The notes beneath the pieces were generated by a model. It was not told the DNA's origin. It ran no database searches and saw only the letters and a program-made list of their open reading frames with translations. Both the position numbers and the translations under genes were made by a program. This document shows, piece after piece, positions 9,273-18,653 of a stretch of DNA of 64,000 nt. How positions within the stretch are numbered: position 1 is the first letter of the stretch; every line of letters begins with the position of its first letter. The DNA is from Candidatus Magasanikiibacteriota bacterium (GTDB lineage Bacteria > Patescibacteriota > Patescibacteriia > Magasanikbacterales > UBA922): assembly GCA_003482855.1 (NCBI GenBank), contig DMXO01000005.1, forward strand, positions 10,736-74,735, in the 5' to 3' direction.

Positions 9273-9935
9273 ATGCTCTCTCTTTGGTTTTATAGTTTAT
9301 TTTTTCGTGAAATCACAATTGGTACATGGCAGAAAATGCCAGAAAATTTAGCTAATTTGAGCGAAAAAATAATAAAAAATGAATCGGTTCAAGGTAAAGT
9401 TTTTCGTCCTACTCCGCAAAAGAGTTGGTTTATAACTATCCTAACTACTGTAATTTTTGTTGGGTTTTTTGTCTGGCTATTTGTGCTAGGTGGTGGAATT
9501 GGTTTTTTTTATTATATTTGGTCAAAAATGCAATGGTTCTTGGTATTAATATTATTTTTTGCAATTTATTTTTTTTATTACTCTTTACTTAGTAATTGGT
9601 TTTTCCCTAGTTGGTTGAAGAAGAAACATAATCATTATTTTATATATATCGGTCCAGAGGGAATTTTGAGAAAAGATTATTTTCGTGCTTGTTTTATACC
9701 ATGGTCAATAGTCAGTGGAGCTACGGTGAGACATGGTTATTGGGGAGAGGATGGTTCTAGCCTGTCACTAGACTTATTTATTAAAGATCATAAAGTCTGG
9801 AATCCAATGTTGGTAAATGCTTATGCATATGGTTCATTTTGGTATGGACTGGTCACGTATGATATAGGAGATATGCGTTTGATTGCAAATACTATACATA
9901 ATTATGCTAAACAAATTGGTTATCAAATAAATTAA
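9273..9935 (+). CDS. Hypothetical AT-rich membrane protein
   Basis: Two or three strongly aromatic TM segments, then a soluble tail (GPEGI..., IPWSIV) that may be PH-like. Confidence 0.65.
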   Translation: MLSLWFYSLFFREITIGTWQKMPENLANLSEKIIKNESVQGKVFRPTPQKSWFITILTTVIFVGFFVWLFVLGGGIGFFYYIWSKMQWFLVLILFFAIYFFYYSLLSNWFFPSWLKKKHNHYFIYIGPEGILRKDYFRACFIPWSIVSGATVRHGYWGEDGSSLSLDLFIKDHKVWNPMLVNAYAYGSFWYGLVTYDIGDMRLIANTIHNYAKQIGYQIN

Positions 9936-9940
9936 ATACT

Positions 9941-11236
9941 ATGCATATATTAATCAAAAATATTTCACACTATGTTGGCCAAGAAATAACTTTGAAAGGT
10001 TGGCTCTATAACAAACGTTCTTCTGGCAAGATCGCATTTTTGGAAGTGCGCGATGGGACTGGTTTTATTCAGACTGTCGCGGTCAAAGATAACGTAAGCG
10101 AACAAATCTGGCAGGATATTGAAAAGACAACACAAGAATCTTCGCTCGAAGTTACGGGCATTGTTTCCAAACATCCCAAAAAAGAAAACGTATACGAGTT
10201 ACAAATTACTAGTTACGAGTTACTACAGCAAGCAGTTGATTACCCAATAGCACTCAAAGATCACGGTCCTGAATTTCTTATGGATAATAGACATTTATGG
10301 CTTAGATCAAAACGACAATGGGCTATTTTGCGCATTCGTGACATGGTAGAGATGGCTATCAATGAATATCTACATACAGAGAATTTTATTCGAACCGATT
10401 CTCCTATTTTTACACCAAACGCGTGTGAAGGTACTACTACATTATTTCCAGTTCCTTATTTTGATTTAGGCGAAGCATATCTTTCCCAATCAGGGCAATT
10501 ATATATTGAAGCAGCTATTGCCTCAGTCGGTCGATGCTATGATTTTGGGCCAGTGTTTCGCGCGGAGAAATCAATGACCAAACGACATCTGACTGAATTT
10601 TGGATGATGGATGCCGAGGGTGCATTTGTTGGGCATGACGAGAACTTGCGCATCCAAGAAGGATTGGTGAAGGCAATTATAAAGAAGTGTCTTGAGAATT
10701 GTACGCAAGAATTTGAAATTCTTGAACGCAATCCAGAACCATTAAAAAAAGTTTTGGAAAAATCATTTACCCGTTATACCTATGAAGATGCTATCAAGAA
10801 GTTGCATGAGCTTGGCAGTGACATCCAGTATGGCGAAGATCTGGGGAATGATGATGAAGGACTTCTGACCAAAGATAGTGATGTGCCAGTGTTTATCGAA
10901 AAATGGCCAAAGAGTATCAAACCATTTTATATGAAAATCGATGCGACAAATCCAGACCGAGTTTTGAATGATGATCTCATAGCAATAGAAAATGGTGGAG
11001 AGATAATTGGTGGTTCACAACGTGAAGATAATTTTGATTTACTATTGGAACGTATACGCGAAGAAAAACTTCCAGAAAAAGATTATGAGTGGTATACAGA
11101 TTTACGTAAATATGGGAGTGTTCCCCATTCGGGATTTGGTATTGGTGTCGAGCGCATGGTGCGATGGATTTCCCAGGCAGAGCATATTCGCGAGTGTATC
11201 CCATTCCCTAGGTTAGTGAATAGATTGAAGCCGTAG
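9941..11236 (+). CDS. asnS: Asparagine--tRNA ligase
   Basis: OB fold (GWLYNKRSSGK.AFL..RDG); YLSQSGQLY; FRAEKS.T.RHL.EFWM; GEIIGGSQRE; PHSGFG.G.ER. Confidence 0.97.
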   Translation: MHILIKNISHYVGQEITLKGWLYNKRSSGKIAFLEVRDGTGFIQTVAVKDNVSEQIWQDIEKTTQESSLEVTGIVSKHPKKENVYELQITSYELLQQAVDYPIALKDHGPEFLMDNRHLWLRSKRQWAILRIRDMVEMAINEYLHTENFIRTDSPIFTPNACEGTTTLFPVPYFDLGEAYLSQSGQLYIEAAIASVGRCYDFGPVFRAEKSMTKRHLTEFWMMDAEGAFVGHDENLRIQEGLVKAIIKKCLENCTQEFEILERNPEPLKKVLEKSFTRYTYEDAIKKLHELGSDIQYGEDLGNDDEGLLTKDSDVPVFIEKWPKSIKPFYMKIDATNPDRVLNDDLIAIENGGEIIGGSQREDNFDLLLERIREEKLPEKDYEWYTDLRKYGSVPHSGFGIGVERMVRWISQAEHIRECIPFPRLVNRLKP

Positions 11237-11237
11237 T

Positions 11238-11298
11238 TTATAAGCAGAGTAAGCAAAAATGTAGGCTTAATCTGCCTAATTTGCTTATTCTGCTTATA
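11238..11298. repeat. 9-mer periodic inverted repeat
   Basis: taagcagag-taagcaaaa ... tttgctta-ttctgcttat with inner taggc/gccta. Confidence 0.6.
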
Positions 11299-11306
11299 GC
11301 TTTGTT

Positions 11307-12410
11307 ATGTCCAAAAATAGAAACAAAAAATCGTCATATCATGGTTTACCAGAAGCTTTCTTAGAGAGGCTGTCATCTATTGTCGGTCTTTCTTATGTTG
11401 AACAAATCAAAAAAGCATTTGTTGAGCGTCCAACGACGTTTCGGGTAAACACACTCAAAGCACTGAAGCACGAGATCACTGAAGTACTCATACAAAATGG
11501 TTTTAAAATAAGACAAGTCCTATGGTATAAAGACGCTTTTATTTTGTTAAACAAAACAAAAAGAGAATTGACCGATTTAGATATATATAATGAAGGAAAG
11601 ATATATATACAGAGTTTGGCCAGTATGATTCCTCCGCTCGTGTTGGATCCACAACCAGGGGAAAAGATATTGGATCTGACTGCAGCCCCAGGAAGCAAGA
11701 CTTCGCAAATTGCAGCTCTGATGAAAAAAGAGGGAGAACTCGTAGCAAACGATAAAAATAAAATACGGTTTTTTAAGTTGAAGCATAATTTGGAGGGGTT
11801 AGGAATCCTGAATCCCGAGGAACGAGAGGTGAAGGATCTTTCGGAGGAAATGTCTGTTGACAAAACATTGAACATTTTGGAAGAGACAGACAGCGATAAG
11901 AAAGATTCCTCGTCACCCTCGAGGATTCCTCGGAATGACAATTTTTGTACTCTCCGCATGGAAGATGGTTATCATCTATGCAAGGAATATCCGGAGTATT
12001 TTGACAAGATTCTGCTTGATGCGCCGTGCAGTGCTGAGACGCGTTTTGTGGAGTCAGATATAAAGACCTATGGCTATTGGAAAGAGCAAAAAATAAAAGA
12101 AATGGCGTTTACTCAGCGTGGTCTATTATTTGCCGCGTGGAGCGCACTTAAACCTGGTGGAACGCTTGTGTACTCTACGTGTACTTTTGCACCAGAGGAA
12201 AATGAATTGCAGATTACGAGATTTTTGGAAAAGATTACTAATGTTGAAATACTCAACATTAATGGTGTAGACATTAAGAAATTATCTATAGTAAAAGAGT
12301 GGAAGGGGAGGGTCATCGATAAAGAAGTTCAAAAAAAAGCGCTTCGCATCATGCCGGACAAAGAAATTGAAGGTTTTTTTGTGATTAAAATGAGAAAATT
12401 GGTTGTCTAA
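11307..12410 (+). CDS. RsmB/RsmF(NOL1/NOP2)-family RNA m5C methyltransferase with in-frame palindromic insertion
   Basis: FRVNTLK; YIQSLASM; DLTAAPGSKT; ILLDAPCS; LVYSTCT; EENE; GFFV. Confidence 0.92.
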   Translation: MSKNRNKKSSYHGLPEAFLERLSSIVGLSYVEQIKKAFVERPTTFRVNTLKALKHEITEVLIQNGFKIRQVLWYKDAFILLNKTKRELTDLDIYNEGKIYIQSLASMIPPLVLDPQPGEKILDLTAAPGSKTSQIAALMKKEGELVANDKNKIRFFKLKHNLEGLGILNPEEREVKDLSEEMSVDKTLNILEETDSDKKDSSSPSRIPRNDNFCTLRMEDGYHLCKEYPEYFDKILLDAPCSAETRFVESDIKTYGYWKEQKIKEMAFTQRGLLFAAWSALKPGGTLVYSTCTFAPEENELQITRFLEKITNVEILNINGVDIKKLSIVKEWKGRVIDKEVQKKALRIMPDKEIEGFFVIKMRKLVV

Positions 12411-12426
12411 AAAATAATTATAAATT

Positions 12427-12457
12427 AAAACACGCTGGAAAACGGCGTGTTTGTTGT
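12427..12457 (+). terminator. Intrinsic terminator
   Basis: aaacacgc-tggaaaacg-gcgtgttt followed by gttgtt, just downstream of the methyltransferase. Confidence 0.6.
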
Positions 12458-12683
12458 TAACCAGGACTTGCACACTATCATCCAGACCGGCCAGAACCCC
12501 CAGATGAAATTACTACATATTATCTACACATCGTGTTTACGTAACTGGCAAGATACAAACTAATCAGTGCCGGTGGTTTTGCTTGTGAGTAAGTATTGGG
12601 GATAAGGAGAAAATATGATACACTATATATGTAATATGTGATATACTACATTTACATATTCAAAACGGCTAACATTATTTTTC

Positions 12684-15600
12684 ATGAGTCGTTTTATTTC
12701 AGGTTATATAGCGCGCATGAGACATTCTGTCTCATTGAGAGCGCCCAAATTTGGGAGCCGATGGACACATCGAGTATTTTTTGTTGCTGTAGTTGTGTTC
12801 GGTGTCCTTGCTGTAGGGCAGGTAGTAGGTGCTCTTGATATAGTAGGTGGCCTTATCAGCGCAGTATCATGGATCATGCTTACCGTAGCCCAGATTTGTA
12901 TTGCACTTACTATATTTTTTCTTAGATTTTTTATTACACTTGCAAGCTACAACAACTATATAGATGTGAGTGTGGTGAAACTTGGTTGGGCCATGGTGCG
13001 TGATGTGGCAAATATGTTTTTTGTGGTGGCGCTTCTGATTATCGCGTTTGCTACTATCCTCGGACTTGAACAATATGAATGGAAAAAGGGCTTAGTCAAG
13101 CTTGTGATCATGGCTATTTTCATCAATTTTAGTAATCTCATTGCTCAACTTATTATTGATGCCGCGCATGTATTTACCATTACATTTCTCAATGCAATAT
13201 CAGCAACTGCCGGTGGCAACCTGATCAACATGTTTAAGCTTGACACGATTGTGACCATGGTAAGTGGCAAAGATCTAGGTGTGACTCCAGAATCAGCACA
13301 AACTGCCATACTCGGCGCTTCGGTTGTCGCGACATTGTTTGCCATTCTCTCAGCGGTTGCGCTTGGCTCGTATGTGATTGTCATGGCGATCCGTGTCGTG
13401 GTATTGTGGGCACTTATTATACTTTCTCCTCTTGCGTATGTGCTGTATGCAGTACCAAAGGGTGAAAAGTACGCTCAGCAGTGGTGGAGCGAATTTACCA
13501 AGCATGTTGTTGTCGCGCCGGTTATGGTTTTCTTTTTGTGGCTTGCGTTTGCCACACTTGGCTCAGGACAAATCTTGAATGAGATTGTAGGACCAGGAGT
13601 GGTGCCTCTCCAGGTGGGTGAAGAAGTACAGTCAGTGTCCCTATCAAATGTATCTTCATGGGAAAACATGGCAAATTATCTTATCGCGCTTGTATTTCTC
13701 ATGATTGGTCTCAAGATGACTCAGGAGAGTGGTGCCCAAGGTGCTGGACTTGTTGGTGGCGCAGTAAACTTTGGCAAGAAAGTGGCAACTATTGCAACGG
13801 GCTATGCTGCAGGTAGGTGGCTTGTAGGTGGAGCTGCAAAAGTTGCGGGTGGTGTTGCAAAAGGCGCCCTTTGGTATGCACCTGCTATTGGTGGAGAGAA
13901 ATGGGCTACAAGAGGCAAAATTATTGGCAATGCAGTGAAAGGTTGGTATAGAGGCAAAGGATATGAGACAACTGATGAAGGTGAACATATACGCCAAGAG
14001 ATAGAAGAAAAGCGTGAATTATTGGATAATGCCAATAGCCCAGAGCGACGGGCTGCGATTGCAAAACAAATAGAACAATTGAAAAAAGAAGAGACATCAA
14101 TAGGGGAGAAGAAAGCCGATGGTTCAGAAGGTGCATATAAAAGTGAGGCAGAAAAGAAGGCGGCGCTCGAATCAAAGCAAGCAGAAATACAGAGAAACGA
14201 AAAAATGCTTGAACAATCTCAAGGTATGACTGAGACCCAGAGAGCAGGTCTCAAGGAAGAAATAGAAGGACTTGAAAAAGAAATGCCTAAGCATATGGGT
14301 GGTGGTATGTTTGGTTATTTTGCACGCAAAGATATTCAATTACAAAAACAATTGGCAAAAACAGAAAAACAACAAGATTTTAGAAAACAAATTCTGTGGA
14401 AACGTGTAGGCTCTGAAGCAGGTGGCAATGTCATGGGTTTGAGTATTGGTATGGGAGGCAGAGGCCTTGGTTTTGGCAAGACAGGTAAGTACAGAATTTT
14501 TGGTGATAAATATAAGCAAGAAGTCAGAGAATGGGCAAAAGATGCAGAAGGTAAAGATATTGTGGGGCAACAAGCTGTGTATTTGGAGGGTTCAAAAAAA
14601 GGACAGAAAAAATGGAAACAAAAATATGCAGGCAGTGATGCCCAAGATCGTGTAGAGCGTGGGTGGTTTCAAGCAGAAGAAGAACGTTCAAAATCGAAAG
14701 ATTCTGAATATGAAACTCTAGGTAAATTGGAAGTGTTGAAAAAATCACGTCTCAAATATGATGTCGAGAGCGGAAAATTTGCTTATGAGACTGCGAAGGG
14801 TACTATGGACCAGCGTATCGCAAGTCATACTATAGCAGGAGAAGTGCATCATGCAGCCATAGAGAAGCTCGAAGCAGAGGGGCGTCTCAATCTCATGCTC
14901 GGCAAAGTGAGTCTCAAAGCTTTTACAGTCAAAGGTGTCAATGATTTGTTTGAAAAGCAGTCTATGGCAAAAGTGTACAAAGATGCGCTTGCTTCTGTGG
15001 AAGATACCAAGCTCAATGATAAACTGTCTGAAAAAATGAAATATGGGACTGGGCTGGACAAGATAGCATCACTCGTAGAGTCAGGTATGTTTGGTACGCC
15101 TGAAGAAATAGGAGCCATAGAAAAAGCCCAAAAAGAATTAGATGCTATAAAAAAAGAAAGAGAAGTAGCAAGAAAGGATGTGGTAGAAACAAACACAAGT
15201 TTGGCCGCTTTGGTAAAGAAAGAACAAGATGGTGCTGAGGTTAGCGAAGATGACAAAAAAGATTTGGTATCAGCTCGCGCCACACTTGAAGATATAGAAG
15301 AAGAGGAAAATAGAGGTGATTTAACTGACGAAAGAAGAAAAGAACTTGATGAACTCAAAGCGTATGCGCAGGAAGAAATTGCAAGTATAGAAGCGCGGCA
15401 GGATATGGCAGGATCTTTGACTTCGGAAGAAGCAATAGAAAAAGCTAAATTGGAAAGGGAAAAGACAGAGAAAGAAGAAAAAATGATTGCTTTGCTCAAA
15501 AAAGAAACAGAAGTAAAAAATCGTTTGAAAACAGCGCGTGGAGTTTTTGGACAACATGCAGAACGATTGCGTGATGGTGATGAGACAATTCTTGATCAAT

Positions 15601-17447
15601 ATCAACAACAGCTTGGTGTACTTGCGTCTGGGGAAGATGCTAAGGCAGCTGCTCTTGAACAAGAAGCAGCAACAGAAAGAGATGCAGAAAAAAAGGCAGA
15701 TAAACAAAGAGAAGCTCAAGGACATAGAGCCAAAGCAGCAGACTATAGAACTACGCATGGAATTTTTGAGAAGCAGAGATCTACTCTTGGACAAGGTGGT
15801 GTTGCTTGGCAGTATGGCCTTGCCAAGGCAAAACAAGCTGAACAAAAAAGATCTCATGATTATGAACACAATTTACTCTTGTCTGATTCAGAGCAGCGCT
15901 CTATTTGGGATAAACGTGGTATCAATACGCCAACAAATGCCATGCGTGAAATGATTGAACAAATGGAAAAAGATTTTTCTCAGATGTCGTACGAGACGTT
16001 TGTCGAAAGTTCTGGCAAAATGTTTATTGAGATGGCTGAGAAGTCTGCCAAAGGTACGATTACTAATGCTGATAGAGCCGCACTCGCAGGATTTTTCAAG
16101 CGTGGGTTCAATGAATCATGGGTTGATGATGTCATCATTGGTGTGATGACCAATGAAGAATCGCGCGCTGCTATTGGTTCACAATTAGGATGGCGTGACG
16201 CAGGATTTTCTCCAGACAAAATTCGTGATCTTGAGATGTTTATTGCATCAGGTGGAAACACCAAATTTGCAAAAAATAATGTTGTTATATCTGAGATAGT
16301 AGATGAAGCAATGAATGGTGACAAAGAATATAGGATGAGTGTTGCTCAGGTATATGAGGGTCTTAATACAGGTGTTTTCAAAAAAGAGGATGGCACCAGC
16401 TTTAGTCCTGAAGCCATACAAAAATTGAAAGCAGCCACACGGAAACGTCTCACTGAAGAGAATCGCGTGTTGACTACATACCAACAAGATTTATTTGACA
16501 AATTTTTAGCAACCGAAGCCAAACAGATTGAAGGGTCTGCACAACAGCGAGGTGAGGTTATGAAGCATTATCTCGATACTCTAGAAGAAAGTCAGGGATC
16601 AATGGAGTGGTTTGGCAACTTGCGTAATGAGGCTATTCGCAATGGGCATGGTGAAAATGCTGGTTGGGCTTTGTCGCACGACGTAGGCGGTGGCAAATCT
16701 ATGTATATTGCTTCAGGTGTGCGCATGGCACGTGATCATGTATATTTTGACTTGAACAAGACTGATCAATATATGCGTTCAAAAGCGCACCCACATTCAG
16801 ACGTGAACTTGGCTATTGGTGGCGAAGGTGAAGATTACGGACAGATTTCAACAGAGATTCGAGATTATGATTACAAAACCATGCGTGGCGATATTGTGGA
16901 CGCCAATGGTCATCGTGGTACAACTGCGCGTACGATACAGTTCCACATGGGGTTGTCATCTGCAGACAAGACTGCTGATCAAAAAGATTCTAATGGATTT
17001 TTTGCTGTTGGTAAAGCAAAGAGTACGCGTGCTGTATGGAGAAAGAATCAGGCGCTCGCATTTAAGCTTGCAAAAGAAAAGAGACTTAAATTATCCAATG
17101 GCGTTACGGTAAATGAAGCTGATGAAAATAAACGAGAAGAAGCTCTTGCTGCTATGATGGTCATGAAAAACATCATGGTTCCGCAGATGCGCGCAAACAT
17201 GAATGACTTCCTCATGACTGCGGCCGTTGCTTCTGGTATGAGCGCATATGATGGAGTCAAGGGTAATATGCGTCTTTCACTGCCTTATTTTGAAAAAGAT
17301 GGAAGCGTACATTATAAATCTTTCTCGAGAGCCCAAGATTTTATAGGTGCCGTAAGGTCAGGTATGTTTGGAGAACATTTTGGTGGTATACCAAATTTCA
17401 AGCCGTCTGATTCAGGCAGACCAGATCAGGATCATACGCCTTCCTAG
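12684..17447 (+). CDS. Giant VirB6/TrbL-like polytopic membrane protein with ~1200-aa helical/coiled-coil C-terminal region
   Basis: First ~350 aa carry many TM segments with GW..VRDVANMFFV, L..AIFINFS, R.V.LW.L..LSPLA, WW.EF...; Gly/Ala-rich linker; then E/K-rich region; upstream of prgI and virB4. Confidence 0.75.
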   Translation: MSRFISGYIARMRHSVSLRAPKFGSRWTHRVFFVAVVVFGVLAVGQVVGALDIVGGLISAVSWIMLTVAQICIALTIFFLRFFITLASYNNYIDVSVVKLGWAMVRDVANMFFVVALLIIAFATILGLEQYEWKKGLVKLVIMAIFINFSNLIAQLIIDAAHVFTITFLNAISATAGGNLINMFKLDTIVTMVSGKDLGVTPESAQTAILGASVVATLFAILSAVALGSYVIVMAIRVVVLWALIILSPLAYVLYAVPKGEKYAQQWWSEFTKHVVVAPVMVFFLWLAFATLGSGQILNEIVGPGVVPLQVGEEVQSVSLSNVSSWENMANYLIALVFLMIGLKMTQESGAQGAGLVGGAVNFGKKVATIATGYAAGRWLVGGAAKVAGGVAKGALWYAPAIGGEKWATRGKIIGNAVKGWYRGKGYETTDEGEHIRQEIEEKRELLDNANSPERRAAIAKQIEQLKKEETSIGEKKADGSEGAYKSEAEKKAALESKQAEIQRNEKMLEQSQGMTETQRAGLKEEIEGLEKEMPKHMGGGMFGYFARKDIQLQKQLAKTEKQQDFRKQILWKRVGSEAGGNVMGLSIGMGGRGLGFGKTGKYRIFGDKYKQEVREWAKDAEGKDIVGQQAVYLEGSKKGQKKWKQKYAGSDAQDRVERGWFQAEEERSKSKDSEYETLGKLEVLKKSRLKYDVESGKFAYETAKGTMDQRIASHTIAGEVHHAAIEKLEAEGRLNLMLGKVSLKAFTVKGVNDLFEKQSMAKVYKDALASVEDTKLNDKLSEKMKYGTGLDKIASLVESGMFGTPEEIGAIEKAQKELDAIKKEREVARKDVVETNTSLAALVKKEQDGAEVSEDDKKDLVSARATLEDIEEEENRGDLTDERRKELDELKAYAQEEIASIEARQDMAGSLTSEEAIEKAKLEREKTEKEEKMIALLKKETEVKNRLKTARGVFGQHAERLRDGDETILDQYQQQLGVLASGEDAKAAALEQEAATERDAEKKADKQREAQGHRAKAADYRTTHGIFEKQRSTLGQGGVAWQYGLAKAKQAEQKRSHDYEHNLLLSDSEQRSIWDKRGINTPTNAMREMIEQMEKDFSQMSYETFVESSGKMFIEMAEKSAKGTITNADRAALAGFFKRGFNESWVDDVIIGVMTNEESRAAIGSQLGWRDAGFSPDKIRDLEMFIASGGNTKFAKNNVVISEIVDEAMNGDKEYRMSVAQVYEGLNTGVFKKEDGTSFSPEAIQKLKAATRKRLTEENRVLTTYQQDLFDKFLATEAKQIEGSAQQRGEVMKHYLDTLEESQGSMEWFGNLRNEAIRNGHGENAGWALSHDVGGGKSMYIASGVRMARDHVYFDLNKTDQYMRSKAHPHSDVNLAIGGEGEDYGQISTEIRDYDYKTMRGDIVDANGHRGTTARTIQFHMGLSSADKTADQKDSNGFFAVGKAKSTRAVWRKNQALAFKLAKEKRLKLSNGVTVNEADENKREEALAAMMVMKNIMVPQMRANMNDFLMTAAVASGMSAYDGVKGNMRLSLPYFEKDGSVHYKSFSRAQDFIGAVRSGMFGEHFGGIPNFKPSDSGRPDQDHTPS

Positions 17448-17476
17448 TTTGACTAATTCGGGATAATGATATTTTT

Positions 17477-18649
17477 ATGTTTTCACTTGATTTCATACTT
17501 GCACAATTATATCCCTATAAGAAATTAGAAGATCTCCAAAAAATACTGGATGATGATTTTCGCGACCCTATGTTGTACCCAGAGTATGACACCTGGACAT
17601 GGAAAGAAGTGAAACAAGAGGATCTATCCGCTTTGGAAGTTCAGATACGCCTTATAAAGACTTTGTTTTCCACACAGTATCTGTATGACGGGACAGTTCA
17701 GCTTATCATGGATTCATTTGAGAAATGGAGCAAGAGTGGCACGATTGTATTTGAAGGAGTAACTCCTGATGACCAATTATTTTTGGAACGATATTATTGT
17801 TTTTTGGGATGGCTCCATTTTGCCCATATTACGTATGCACGCAAATTATATTTGCTTGAGTCACGCTTTTTGCCGTTGGCTATTGTGTGGGATATTCCCG
17901 TATACAGTAACACGCAGGACTACTTTGCTCAGTATATATATGTAGATGGCTTGCGTGAGGACAGTACCGTATTTGCTGATGCTATGGGTCGCAATGAGAC
18001 ACCCTTGGGTTTACCAGAAAAAGGAGCAAAGACGATAGGTGAGTGGATGGTGATATTCGACGAGTTTGAAGGTAGCTCTATACCTACGCGCGTGGATGAG
18101 TTTATGAATGACAAGATGGAAATCCAACGCCTCAACGAAGATGAAAAGAAAATTTTGTACAAAATTATTACTTTGTATTGGGGATTGCGCGGAGGTTTCA
18201 TCTATCGTGAGATAGAAAATGAAGTGCCTGGCTCATATACCGAGAAAGCAAAAAAGGAAAATAAATCAGTTGATGATTATTATCTTGAGGCATTATACGA
18301 GGCTACGAGAGAGCAATTCAAACAATGGCTTACGACATGTGGCGAGGCGGCGTATTGGATGTATCTGACCAAAAAAGATCAAAATTTTATAAAAAAGTTG
18401 ATTTATATTTTGCTCGAAAAAGCAAATTTGGATGATGATGACGAAGCTCAGATGCTCATTGAATTTTTTATGGTTCTTGAAGAATTTGGTTTGACTGGCT
18501 TAGAGGATGTTATTTATTTTGATGAATCAAAAGGAGGTTTTGCATGGGATGAAGATAGACTGGTAGGACTTCAACCAATCATCGGTGGAAGCGAGCCTGA
18601 CACCAAATCAGGAGACAAGAAACCACCAAAAGAATTATTTGCAGGATAG
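17477..18649 (+). CDS. Hypothetical acidic/aromatic protein in the T4SS-like cluster
   Basis: 390-aa ORF tightly spaced in the operon; no family recognised. Confidence 0.8.
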   Translation: MFSLDFILAQLYPYKKLEDLQKILDDDFRDPMLYPEYDTWTWKEVKQEDLSALEVQIRLIKTLFSTQYLYDGTVQLIMDSFEKWSKSGTIVFEGVTPDDQLFLERYYCFLGWLHFAHITYARKLYLLESRFLPLAIVWDIPVYSNTQDYFAQYIYVDGLREDSTVFADAMGRNETPLGLPEKGAKTIGEWMVIFDEFEGSSIPTRVDEFMNDKMEIQRLNEDEKKILYKIITLYWGLRGGFIYREIENEVPGSYTEKAKKENKSVDDYYLEALYEATREQFKQWLTTCGEAAYWMYLTKKDQNFIKKLIYILLEKANLDDDDEAQMLIEFFMVLEEFGLTGLEDVIYFDESKGGFAWDEDRLVGLQPIIGGSEPDTKSGDKKPPKELFAG

Positions 18650-18653
18650 ATAT

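Noticed and set aside
12867-17260. Many 60-216 aa antisense or alternate-frame ORFs inside the large genes (also within 40913-52588)
   Set aside because: Ser/Phe/Leu-rich shadows of E/K-rich or biased coding sequence, with no motifs.
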